Source of the DNA: Microcoleaceae cyanobacterium
Lineage (GTDB): Bacteria > Cyanobacteriota > Cyanobacteriia > Cyanobacteriales > Microcoleaceae
Reading direction: 5' to 3'
Length of the DNA: 46,529 nucleotides
Assembly (NCBI GenBank): GCA_051652765.1
Contig: JBOFUV010000027.1
Span: forward strand, 1 to 46,529
The notes under the pieces were generated by a model. That model searched no databases and was not told the origin of the DNA. It saw only the letters and a list, made by a program, of their open reading frames with translations. The position numbers and the translations under genes were made by a program. Shown piece after piece: positions 9,663 to 18,706 of the stretch (positions are counted from its first letter, which is position 1; every line of letters begins with the position of its first letter).

Positions 9663-10343
9663 TTATTGAGGTGATTGAGATGGTGTAGGAGTCTCAATTG
9701 TTCCAGCAGGAGATGAACCTAAAGGCTGTGAATTTAAGGGGTTGGAGCCAGAGGGTTCTGGACTTGTAGGTTGGTTTGGGGCAACCTCAGGCAGCAACAG
9801 CGGGTTGGGGGGTAAAGATCCTTCTGGAACAGCAGGTGCAGGTTGAAGGACAGGATTTTTTATGCCTGGAGTTGGCGGGGGAGTTAAACGGCTGGGATCA
9901 AATAGATTTGGCCCTTGGGTAGCAGGCGTTTCAGCCGAACTGGGTAACGTTGCAAGGGCAACCCGGTTCGTCACGCTCCGAATTTGATCCAACACCTGAA
10001 CAACGTCGTTGTATTTCGAGTCCTTGGGCGCATACACGACGACCAGACCATTCGCATTCCAGCGTAGGAACTTCTTCAATTCTCGTTCCAATTGGTTTTC
10101 TGTGATTTGTTGTTGGTTGACGTAGGTTTGACCGGCTTGATCAATCCCAACAATTAGCATTTTCTGCATCTGAGTTTCCCCCGTTGTCGCCTTGGGGAGG
10201 TCAACATTTATGGCCTGTTGGCGAGTCAGTTGTAAGGCCGCCAAAATGAAAAAGGTCAGAATACAAAACACCACATCAATCAGGGGGAGAAGCTCAATTC
10301 TAGCTTCATCAGAGTTGGTCGAAGAATCCAAATGAATTTTCAT
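9663..10343 (-). CDS. exbD: Biopolymer transport protein ExbD/TolR with Pro-rich C-terminal tail
   Basis: IELLPLIDVVFCILTFFI transmembrane motif, VDLP, YNDVVQVLD; directly downstream of exbB. Confidence 0.9.
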   Translation of the reverse strand: MKIHLDSSTNSDEARIELLPLIDVVFCILTFFILAALQLTRQQAINVDLPKATTGETQMQKMLIVGIDQAGQTYVNQQQITENQLERELKKFLRWNANGLVVVYAPKDSKYNDVVQVLDQIRSVTNRVALATLPSSAETPATQGPNLFDPSRLTPPPTPGIKNPVLQPAPAVPEGSLPPNPLLLPEVAPNQPTSPEPSGSNPLNSQPLGSSPAGTIETPTPSQSPQ

Positions 10344-10427
10344 AATAACCCTTAAAGGCTTGGGCCTGAACGCTTAAGTGCTTGATTAAATTGAATGTTT
10401 AGCTGAGGTCGCTGCCGGTCTGATGGA

Positions 10428-11363
10428 TTAACTTTTGTCCGAACGCTCTTCTTCTTCCCGAGTTTGAAAAGATTCCGATGAATTGTTCGTTTGGGGTTCT
10501 GGGTAAGGGAAGGTGGAATCCATTTTGGCTTCGGGTTCTGACGTGGCGGTTTCATAAGGCGCAGTGTGGTCATCCCCTGCCGTTGCCGATGAAGGGGTCA
10601 TATCGGGAGTCGCCAGATTTTCAGGCCGGTTAATATTCGCAAAGTCAAATCCAGATTGCCTGTCGATCTCTGCTTGCCTCGCCCGCTCCGCTTCATCTTC
10701 CCGCTCTTGTTCATGAATGGGGCTAAGCTGAGACTTGACTTGGGGCCAATTTTGACGGTAAAGCAGTTCTAGTTCATTGCCTGCCTTGCGAAAGGCTTTG
10801 ACTTGCCCAGAGAATAATCCCTGGAATAGACGATAAAAGGTCAAACTGATTAAGGCCACAATCAGCCCTGTCGCCGTTGTGATCAAGGCTTCAGCAATTC
10901 CCAAGGTTACATCTGCGGTGGAGGAGGTACCGATGTCTCCCAGTCGAATCGATCCCAAAGAATTGATCAACCCTAAGACCGTTCCTAACAGGCCCAACAT
11001 AGGAGACATGGTAATCACGGCTTCTAGAAGTTTGTCCCCCCGACGCATAGCAGCCAACTCATGATCGGCAGACGCTTCTAGAGCCAAGCTAAACACATCT
11101 GGATCGGGAGTATTTAGACTGAGGGGAGAAAACAGCAATCGCCCCATGGGTTGATCACTCATCTGTTTCGCTGCACGATAGGCATCCCCCCAAAGCCCTC
11201 GACGAGCTGCCACAAGCACTTCGTTGACAACTTGCTGTTCTTTGGTTAAAGTGCTGATCCAAAAAATCAAGCGCTCAAGAATCACACTGACTGACAAAAT
11301 TGACAGCACTAACAATGGCCACATGACTGGCCCACCTTTCTCGAAAATTTCTTGAATGTTCAT
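10428..11363 (-). CDS. exbB: MotA/TolQ/ExbB proton channel protein
   Basis: GGPVMWPL, SPMLGLLGTVLGLI, GIAEALITTATGL; GAGGAG RBS. Confidence 0.92.
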   Translation of the reverse strand: MNIQEIFEKGGPVMWPLLVLSILSVSVILERLIFWISTLTKEQQVVNEVLVAARRGLWGDAYRAAKQMSDQPMGRLLFSPLSLNTPDPDVFSLALEASADHELAAMRRGDKLLEAVITMSPMLGLLGTVLGLINSLGSIRLGDIGTSSTADVTLGIAEALITTATGLIVALISLTFYRLFQGLFSGQVKAFRKAGNELELLYRQNWPQVKSQLSPIHEQEREDEAERARQAEIDRQSGFDFANINRPENLATPDMTPSSATAGDDHTAPYETATSEPEAKMDSTFPYPEPQTNNSSESFQTREEEERSDKS

Positions 11364-11529
11364 GTCCCTCGCACTCCTCTGTGATTGACTCTTAGCTCCA
11401 CTTTAGGTCTTATTCGGTCTTGTTGTTGATAGGATGCCAATTTCTGAATCGTAACCCTGAGCAGTGGGTCAGCACAACTCACGTCAACGCTTCTGATGAT
11501 CTCCTGACCCTTGTCAGTCGCTACCCAAA

Positions 11530-11928
11530 CTAACGCGGTAGACCCTTAGAATCAACAGACCAGCCTAAAATTCTGGACATTTGATCCCCAAAATTCAGGG
11601 GATCAATCAACTTTGAAAGAACCGCCTTGACCCCAAGTTCAGTATAGCGGGACTGCTGACTGGCTTGGACTTTTGCCGTTAGCAGAATCACGGGAATATC
11701 TCGAGTTGCGGCATTCATTTGCAACTTTTCAAAGGTTGTGGGGCCGTCCATCCCAGGCATCATCACATCTAGAATAATGGCATGAGGTTGTTGGCTAACT
11801 GCAAGGTCTAAGCCTTCTGGGCCAGATGCTGCAGTTGAAATCTTCCAATCTGTACTGACCTCCAAACTCATTTGCAGGAGTTCGCGAATATCGTCTTCGT
11901 CGTCAATAATCAGAATTCGTCGTGTCAT
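11530..11928 (-). CDS. Single-domain CheY-like response regulator (RcaF-like), 132 aa
   Basis: Probable start is ATG 11928 (MTRRILIIDDE), 4 nt after the upstream stop. LDVMMPGMDG and LLTAK motifs. The ORF-track extension to 12246 overlaps the upstream gene. Confidence 0.9.
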   Translation of the reverse strand: MTRRILIIDDEDDIRELLQMSLEVSTDWKISTAASGPEGLDLAVSQQPHAIILDVMMPGMDGPTTFEKLQMNAATRDIPVILLTAKVQASQQSRYTELGVKAVLSKLIDPLNFGDQMSRILGWSVDSKGLPR

Positions 11929-11932
11929 GTCT

Positions 11933-14431
11933 CTATCGATCTGGATTGAGGGTTGAGGGTTCGATTTCCCGTTCAGATTCAGGCTCAACTTCTGTTTCAG
12001 GGGATGAAGCAGCATACGCCAAGGCCGCCTGACAGGAATTGCCACCGGCAGCCTTGGCTTGATAGAGGGCTGCATCGGAAGCAGCACAGAGGGTGGGAAA
12101 ATCAATCCCATCCTCTGGGTAAGTTGCCACTCCAGCACTGGCGGTGACCCAGAGTTGAGCTTGACCTGCGACAGAAAACACTTCAGAGCAGATTTGGGCC
12201 AGAAGTTGATTGATCCGGCGCACTGCATCTGGTTTATTAACTGCATATAACCCTAACAGAAAAACCTGCCCTCCCCAACGGGCAACTATGTCCTCAGTTC
12301 GGAACTGTTGGTGTAAGATTTGACCAAACTGCCTTAGGACATTATCCCCAACCGTATAACCGTACCGATCGTTGGTTTGCTTAAATCGATCTAGATCAAG
12401 TAACACCAAGGAAAAAGGCTGATGATGACGGTGGGAGAGGCGGAGATATCGATGCAGATCTTGCACAGCCCGTCGGCGGTTCATGACTCCCGTGAGTTGA
12501 TCCGTTTCTGCCAGGTTTCGCAAGAGTTGAATCCGTTCAAGCCGGTTAAAAATACGGGTGACAAGTTCGCCTTCAGCAAAGGGCTTAGAGATGTAGTCAT
12601 CTGCCCCCGCTTGATAAATTTGTTGAACCGTCGCAGTATCTTTTCGACCTGAGAGAAATAGAATCGGCAAAGCACTCCAATTTCGGTCTTGGCGCACAAT
12701 TTGACACAGCTCAATCCCGTTATAGTGAGGCATTTCAATGTCGAGGATGAGGAGGTCTGGAGCAGTAGTCTCCAGGGTCTCCCAAAACTGTCGGGGATCA
12801 TCTAAAGCGGTCAGTTCTAAATCCAGCGATCGCAGCAGCTTCCCTAAGGTTTGAAGAACAATAGGATCATCGTCAACCGCTAAAATCTTAGCCTTTCGAT
12901 AAGACTGAGGCTTGAGAATATCCATCACCGCTTCTAGCAATTGAGTCGGGGAAACCGATTTGGGTAAAAACGCGCTCCCCCCGGAACGGGCAACTGCCGT
13001 GCGATCGCCGACTTCATCTCGTTCAGTGCAGACCAACACAGGCATCTGTAAAAACTTAAAGGTCAGTTCTTCCAGGAATCTCAAGCCTTCCTCGATCTCA
13101 TCCGGGAACATCGGATCAAGTAGGACTAAATCCGGTGGATTTTCCGTAATTACTAAGCGAGCTTGAGCAATGGTATCAATCCCTTCCACCCGAATATTCC
13201 AATTCAAGGCTTCTGCTTGAATCCGTTGAGTCAATTCAGGATTGTGATCGACTACCAACACCCAGGGCATTTTCTGTCGAACTTCTAGCAAAATTTGATC
13301 GAGGGCGGCAGACTCTTTTGTCTGAACTGGTGCAAAGTTTGGTGGCGAGAAGCTTGGCGGCTGTTGTAGCTCTCGGCTGAGAGACGCTATCAACGTTTTA
13401 AATATGGCTAGGGAGTCTGGTGTTAGGAACTGTTGTCCTGAAGTTTGATCCTGATGAATCAACCACTGCTCAGCATCTTGGGCCAATTGATAGCCGACCT
13501 GAAGGCCAAACATTCCCAGGGAGCCTGCCAACTTATGGGCTTGAATGACCGCATCTTGTCGAATGTCTTCTGAGAATGTGTTGGCTTCTAAGGCCACAAC
13601 CGCTTGCTCTAGCTTAGTCATGCGCCCTAGGATCAGACCCTTAAACCGTTCCCAAGATTCGGCAATGTCATGGGGTTGAGGTCGTGATGATGCTTCTGGG
13701 GTTGGGCTTTCAGAGGAGTGAGGCAATTGAAACTCTTCGGATTCTGCTACTGCGTCCTGCAATAGAGACTTGAGACGATAGCCCACACCATAGACGGTCT
13801 CAATAATATCGTTGACCCCACAGGTTTTGAGCTTGCGACGCAGACGTTTGATATGGGCTCTGACGGTATCTTCCCCCGGCAAGTTCTCAAACGACCAGAG
13901 ATGTTCCAAAATTGCGCTCTGAGTTAGGACACGATTGGGGTTTCGCAAAAACAGTTCGAGTAAGCTGTATTCCTTCGGAGAAAGCGAGAGTATCCGGTTG
14001 CGATAGATCACTTGTCGAGCACTTGGATCAAGAGACAACTCATCCCAATACAAAATTGGTGCACCAGAGGCGCTGCGACGGCGGAGCAATGCCCGAATCC
14101 GAGCAAAAAGCTCTGCTGTGGTGCAAGGCTTCACAACATAGTCATCAGCCCCAGCATCAAGTCCGATCACTTTGTCTGTACTACTGCCTTTAGCCGTAAG
14201 CAACAGAATAGGGACACTATACCCCTGAGAGCGAATACGACTACACAAACTAATACCATCTAGCTTGGGAAGACTGATGTCCAAGAGAATCAGATCGTAA
14301 GTAAACGCTTCAATATAACTCCATCCTTCTTCACCATCACTCACCACATCAACAACGTAGCCATACTCAGTGAGTGCCATCTTGATTAAGTGGGCTTGAG
14401 CTTCATCATCTTCAACTAGTAAAAACCGCAT
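11933..14431 (-). CDS. Multidomain response regulator REC-OmpR wHTH-Hpt-REC-REC-GGDEF (RcaC-like, degenerate GGDEF)
   Basis: REC1 (LLVEDD, LLDISLP), wHTH (LSPKEYSLLELF..IETVYGVGY), Hpt (AHKLAGSLGMFG), REC2 (VVDHN, LLDP), REC3 (AVDDD, ILDIEMP, SKPF), GGDEF region (DQLTG..NRR, DLDRFKQTND, RTED-IVARW-GGQVF, ALYQAK..G). Confidence 0.9.
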   Translation of the reverse strand: MRFLLVEDDEAQAHLIKMALTEYGYVVDVVSDGEEGWSYIEAFTYDLILLDISLPKLDGISLCSRIRSQGYSVPILLLTAKGSSTDKVIGLDAGADDYVVKPCTTAELFARIRALLRRRSASGAPILYWDELSLDPSARQVIYRNRILSLSPKEYSLLELFLRNPNRVLTQSAILEHLWSFENLPGEDTVRAHIKRLRRKLKTCGVNDIIETVYGVGYRLKSLLQDAVAESEEFQLPHSSESPTPEASSRPQPHDIAESWERFKGLILGRMTKLEQAVVALEANTFSEDIRQDAVIQAHKLAGSLGMFGLQVGYQLAQDAEQWLIHQDQTSGQQFLTPDSLAIFKTLIASLSRELQQPPSFSPPNFAPVQTKESAALDQILLEVRQKMPWVLVVDHNPELTQRIQAEALNWNIRVEGIDTIAQARLVITENPPDLVLLDPMFPDEIEEGLRFLEELTFKFLQMPVLVCTERDEVGDRTAVARSGGSAFLPKSVSPTQLLEAVMDILKPQSYRKAKILAVDDDPIVLQTLGKLLRSLDLELTALDDPRQFWETLETTAPDLLILDIEMPHYNGIELCQIVRQDRNWSALPILFLSGRKDTATVQQIYQAGADDYISKPFAEGELVTRIFNRLERIQLLRNLAETDQLTGVMNRRRAVQDLHRYLRLSHRHHQPFSLVLLDLDRFKQTNDRYGYTVGDNVLRQFGQILHQQFRTEDIVARWGGQVFLLGLYAVNKPDAVRRINQLLAQICSEVFSVAGQAQLWVTASAGVATYPEDGIDFPTLCAASDAALYQAKAAGGNSCQAALAYAASSPETEVEPESEREIEPSTLNPDR

Positions 14432-14620
14432 CGGTTCCCCTCTGTGAAATGCAAATCCATGAAATGCAAGAATGTTCCACCCTGTAAATTTCTCATCCCT
14501 AGAGTAGAGAAATTCCCCCTAGGCTACTTCAAGGATCATAATCCTTACTGTTATTCAGCATAACAGACCAGCTTTATCCCTATGATCCTCTTAACAGCCT
14601 CAAAAACTCAACCAGACCAT

Positions 14621-14664
14621 CTTCACAGACTGTCACAACTCTTTCACAGCGCTTTTGTTAACAT
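14621..14664 (+). promoter_or_regulatory. OmpR-type direct repeats CTTCACA / TGTCACA-N4-TTTCACA followed by a possible -10 (TAACAT)
   Basis: Heptamers at 14621, 14631 and 14642 in the divergent RR/HK intergenic region; TAACAT starts at 14659, 10 bp after the last repeat. Confidence 0.4.
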
Positions 14665-15117
14665 ATATTCATATCAATAGGGATATTCTATCTTAAAGAG
14701 GTTTGTTTAGTCGGATCGACTGAATTGCGTTCAAAATCAATTGCAACTTCCTCTTATTCTTATGTAAAATTAAGTTTTAATTTCATCTAAGGTGTAATTT
14801 TAGTTTTCTCCAAGTCTTATATTTGAACTGCGTCTCTGAACTGCATGTTTGCATGTTACAAAAATTACTCAAGTCTGTTTATCGAGAGACCGAGATTAGA
14901 TTCAAAACTTCATTATTGAAACCTGAATTATTAAAACCCAATGAAGCGGGATTGATGATTAAAACGTTGTCATTTATGTATTGTAGCTAATGTGCGTAGT
15001 TAATAGGCGTTGTCCATGGATGTTGTCAATATATGCTGCGGTTAAAAATACAAGATTCAGGGGGATAAGTCGCTTCTCTGCTTAGGGATTTATGACATGG
15101 ATTTAAGGGGTTGATCA

Positions 15118-18100
15118 ATGGTTGTTGAACATGACAAGAAAAATGATAAAAAAAAGACTCAGAAACATCTGAGTCAAGACTGTTATCTACTCCCTTCATC
15201 TGTCCTAACCCAAGCTCTCAATGTGATCGCTGATCCTATATCCATCAAAAATGAACAGCATCAATATATCTTTCTCAATGATGCTTTCTGTCAGTTTCAG
15301 GGCCTGACTCGTGAGGAACTCATTGGCAAGACAGTCTACGACATTTATCCTCCACAAGAAGCTGACGTTTTCGTCAAACAAGATCGGGTTGCATATGCTG
15401 CCGGTTGTGCCTGTGAGCATGAAGCATACCTAACAGATAGCAGGGGTAAGCAACACATTATTTCAAGTACTAAAACAGTTTTTGAAGTTCAGGATGAACC
15501 GTTTGCCGGAGAGAAAATTTTAGTTGAAACTCTCCGCGACCTTACCCCACATCGGCATCAAGAAATTAATCTCAAAAAGCGGAACAGAGACCTAGAAACC
15601 CTAGTCGAACTTCAGCAGAGTTTACTGCGTTGTCATCGTCCTCAAAGAATTAGTCGAGATATTACAGATCGCCAGCGGGCAACCCATGCCTTAGAACAAC
15701 GAGAACGGTATCTCTCTACCCTCGTTGAAGTCCAGCGTCGTCTGTTAATTTCGCCAGACACTACAACTTACTACACTGAGATCTTAGAACTTTTGGGCCA
15801 AGCCTCAGGAGCATCTCGGGTTTATCTGTTTGAAAATCATCAGGACTGGCTCGGAAAAGTGTTGATGAGCCAACGGACTGAGTGGTGTGCCCCTGGTATT
15901 TCTCCAGAACTGAATAATCCTCAACTTCAGAATCTATCCTATGATGACTTTTTTCCCCGTTGGGCTGAGGCATTGCACCAAGGGGAAATTATTAATGGAG
16001 TTGTGACAGAGTTCCCAGAGTCAGAGCGAGTGGTGCTCGAACCCCAAGGCATTCTTTCAATTCTGATTTTACCGTTAGTTGTGAAGCAAAAATTTTGGGG
16101 GTTTATTGGATTTGACAACTGCTCAGAAACAAAAGCGTGGGAGTCATCCGAAGTCAGTCTAATCAGTGCTGCAGCTTCAGCCATTTCCCTGCATTTAGAA
16201 CGCCACCAAGCTGGACAGGCTTTACAGGAAAGTGAAGAAAAATTTCGCCAACTGGCAGAGAACATTGATAGCGTCTTCTGGATTACCAATCCGCAGAAAG
16301 GTCAGATGATTTATGTTTCTCCAGCCTATGAAACCCTCTGGGGGAGAACCTGCACTGAACTCTATGAAAACCCGATTACTTTCATCGAGGCCATTCATCC
16401 TGAGGATCGACCCTTAGTCATGGCGGCTTTAGCCAAACAAAGCCAGGGAATCTATCACGAAGAATGTTGCCTTGAATATCGCATTGTCCGTCCTGATGGT
16501 GAAATTCACTGGATTCGCGATCGCGCTTTTCCGATTCAGGATGAAACAGGCATAGTCTACCGGGTCGTTGGTATTGCCGAGGACATTAGTGACCAGAAAT
16601 ACCATGAAACTGCCCTACAATTGATCGTTGAGGGCACAGCCGCTAAAATTGGGGATGAATTCTTCCGTTCCTTGGTGCGTTACCTGGCAGAAGTGCTAAA
16701 GGTTCGCTATGCTCTCGTAACTCGATTTGTAGCTGGAACACAAAGTCGAGTTCGAACTTTGGCCTTTTGGAACGGGAACAGCTTTGGCGACAACTTTGAA
16801 TATGATCTAGACGGAACCCCCTGTGAAGGGGTGATTATGGGGAACATTTGCCACTATCCCACCCAAGTTCAAGCCCAATTTCCGCAAGATCAAGATCTGG
16901 TTAACTTGAGAGTTGAGAGTTATAGCGGGATTCCCCTCAAAGATTCAGCCAATCGGATTTTAGGTCACTTGGCCGTGATGCACACTCAACCCATGACCGA
17001 TGACCACACCCCAAAGCTGATTGTCAAGATTTTTGCAGCCCGAGCCGGAGCTGAACTTGAACGCCTCAATGCCGCAGAAGCCCTTCAAACCACTCAAAAG
17101 CGGCTGCAATATTTGGTTGCCTCTAGTCCTGCGATGATCTACACCTGTTCACCCATAGCAAACTACCCAATCACATTTGTCAGCGAAAATATTCGGGATG
17201 TGTTGGGGTACACGGCTCAAGAGTGCTTGGCCTCGGCCAAGACATTCTGGATTTCTCGGGTTCATCCAGAGGATCTTGCCCAAGTCCTCACCAACCATCA
17301 ACAGTTAGCGACTCAAGGCTACTCTGTGAACGAGTATCGCTTTCTGCATCGCGATGGCACCTATTGCTGGTTGCGAGATGAGGTGAAAGTCACACGAGAT
17401 GATGCTGGTCAACTTGTAGAATTAATTGGCTCCACTATTAAAATCAGCGATCGCAAGCAAGCCGAGGAAGAAGTGCGCCAGAGTGAAGAGCGGTTACAGC
17501 TTGCCTTAGAAGGGAGTGCCCTGGGACTTTGGGATTGGCACTTATCAGACAATCAAGTCTACCTCAGCCCCCAATGGAAACTGATGCTGGGATATGAACC
17601 CCACGAACTGGAAGACAGTTACAGCATTTGGGAGCAACTGATTCATCCAGAAGATTTATCGACTACACGGGAAGTCTTTAATGCTCATCTAGAGGGCCAC
17701 ACTCCGGTCTACCAAGCTGAATTCCGCATGGCGACAAAACAGGGCGGATGGAAGTGGATTCTATCCCATGGCAAAGTCTTTGAATGGGATCAGTTGGGTC
17801 AGCCTGTGCGGGTGACCGGAACCCACCAAGACATTAGCGATCGCAAAGCCATTGATCAAATGAAGGATGAATTCATTTCTATCATCAGCCACGAGTTGCG
17901 AACTCCCATGACCTCGATTCATGGCTCGTTGAAATTGTTGTCCACGGGAATGTTAGGAAATCTGACCGAAAAAGGGCAGCGCATGTTAGAAATTGCCATT
18001 AGCAATACTGACCGTTTGAGTCGTTTGATCAACGATATTTTGGATTTACAGCGGTTGGAATCGGGTCAATTCTCTGTTAGCAAACAACCTTGTCATGCCC

Positions 18101-18537
18101 TGTCCTTGATTGAACAGGCGATCGCTGCTTTGCAAGTGATTGCTCAAAAACAGCAGATTCAGTTAGAGATCATGGATCATCCCTCCCCAACGTTGTGGGC
18201 AAGTTCAGACTATATTTTGCAGGTTCTGATCAATTTGCTCAGTAATGCCATCAAGTTTTCTGAGCCTGAAACAACTGTCAAAATTGGGGTTCTACAACAC
18301 GAGCAAAAGGCATTATTTTATATTAAAGATCAAGGTCGAGGTGTTCCAGGAGATAAGCTTGAAAGCATCTTTGGTCGGTTTCAACAGGTTGATGCTTCTG
18401 ATGCCCGTGAAAAAGGCGGCACAGGCTTAGGATTGGCGATTTGTCGTCGAATTATTGAGTTACACGAAGGACAAATTTGGGTAGAAAGTGTCTTAGATCA
18501 GGGGAGCACTTTCTATTTCACCTGTCAGGTTATTTGA
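15118..18537 (+). CDS. Cytoplasmic PAS/GAF sensor histidine kinase (PAS-GAF-PAS-GAF-PAS-PAS-HisKA-HATPase)
   Basis: Several PAS/PAC motifs (IHPED, DITDR/DISDR), two GAF domains, H-box SHELRTP, N-box NLLSNAIKF, DQGRG, GGTGLGL. No transmembrane segment and no recognisable bilin-binding motif. Confidence 0.92.
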   Translation: MVVEHDKKNDKKKTQKHLSQDCYLLPSSVLTQALNVIADPISIKNEQHQYIFLNDAFCQFQGLTREELIGKTVYDIYPPQEADVFVKQDRVAYAAGCACEHEAYLTDSRGKQHIISSTKTVFEVQDEPFAGEKILVETLRDLTPHRHQEINLKKRNRDLETLVELQQSLLRCHRPQRISRDITDRQRATHALEQRERYLSTLVEVQRRLLISPDTTTYYTEILELLGQASGASRVYLFENHQDWLGKVLMSQRTEWCAPGISPELNNPQLQNLSYDDFFPRWAEALHQGEIINGVVTEFPESERVVLEPQGILSILILPLVVKQKFWGFIGFDNCSETKAWESSEVSLISAAASAISLHLERHQAGQALQESEEKFRQLAENIDSVFWITNPQKGQMIYVSPAYETLWGRTCTELYENPITFIEAIHPEDRPLVMAALAKQSQGIYHEECCLEYRIVRPDGEIHWIRDRAFPIQDETGIVYRVVGIAEDISDQKYHETALQLIVEGTAAKIGDEFFRSLVRYLAEVLKVRYALVTRFVAGTQSRVRTLAFWNGNSFGDNFEYDLDGTPCEGVIMGNICHYPTQVQAQFPQDQDLVNLRVESYSGIPLKDSANRILGHLAVMHTQPMTDDHTPKLIVKIFAARAGAELERLNAAEALQTTQKRLQYLVASSPAMIYTCSPIANYPITFVSENIRDVLGYTAQECLASAKTFWISRVHPEDLAQVLTNHQQLATQGYSVNEYRFLHRDGTYCWLRDEVKVTRDDAGQLVELIGSTIKISDRKQAEEEVRQSEERLQLALEGSALGLWDWHLSDNQVYLSPQWKLMLGYEPHELEDSYSIWEQLIHPEDLSTTREVFNAHLEGHTPVYQAEFRMATKQGGWKWILSHGKVFEWDQLGQPVRVTGTHQDISDRKAIDQMKDEFISIISHELRTPMTSIHGSLKLLSTGMLGNLTEKGQRMLEIAISNTDRLSRLINDILDLQRLESGQFSVSKQPCHALSLIEQAIAALQVIAQKQQIQLEIMDHPSPTLWASSDYILQVLINLLSNAIKFSEPETTVKIGVLQHEQKALFYIKDQGRGVPGDKLESIFGRFQQVDASDAREKGGTGLGLAICRRIIELHEGQIWVESVLDQGSTFYFTCQVI

Positions 18538-18706
18538 CCAATAGCGATCTGGTTTAAATCATCAATTAGTGTTCTCCTTTGATCAGCTCTAATTAGTTCT
18601 AACTACTTCTAACTACTTCTAACCAACCAGATACCCATGAAGTTAATGCAGCGAAATTAGGCAGACGGAAGAGGATTTTTGAGGTGCGTGCAGAAGGTTT
18701 GAATGC

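Noticed and set aside
11929..12246. 106-aa N-terminal extension of the CheY-like ORF
   Set aside because: Overlaps the GGDEF coding region; the REC domain starts at ATG 11928.
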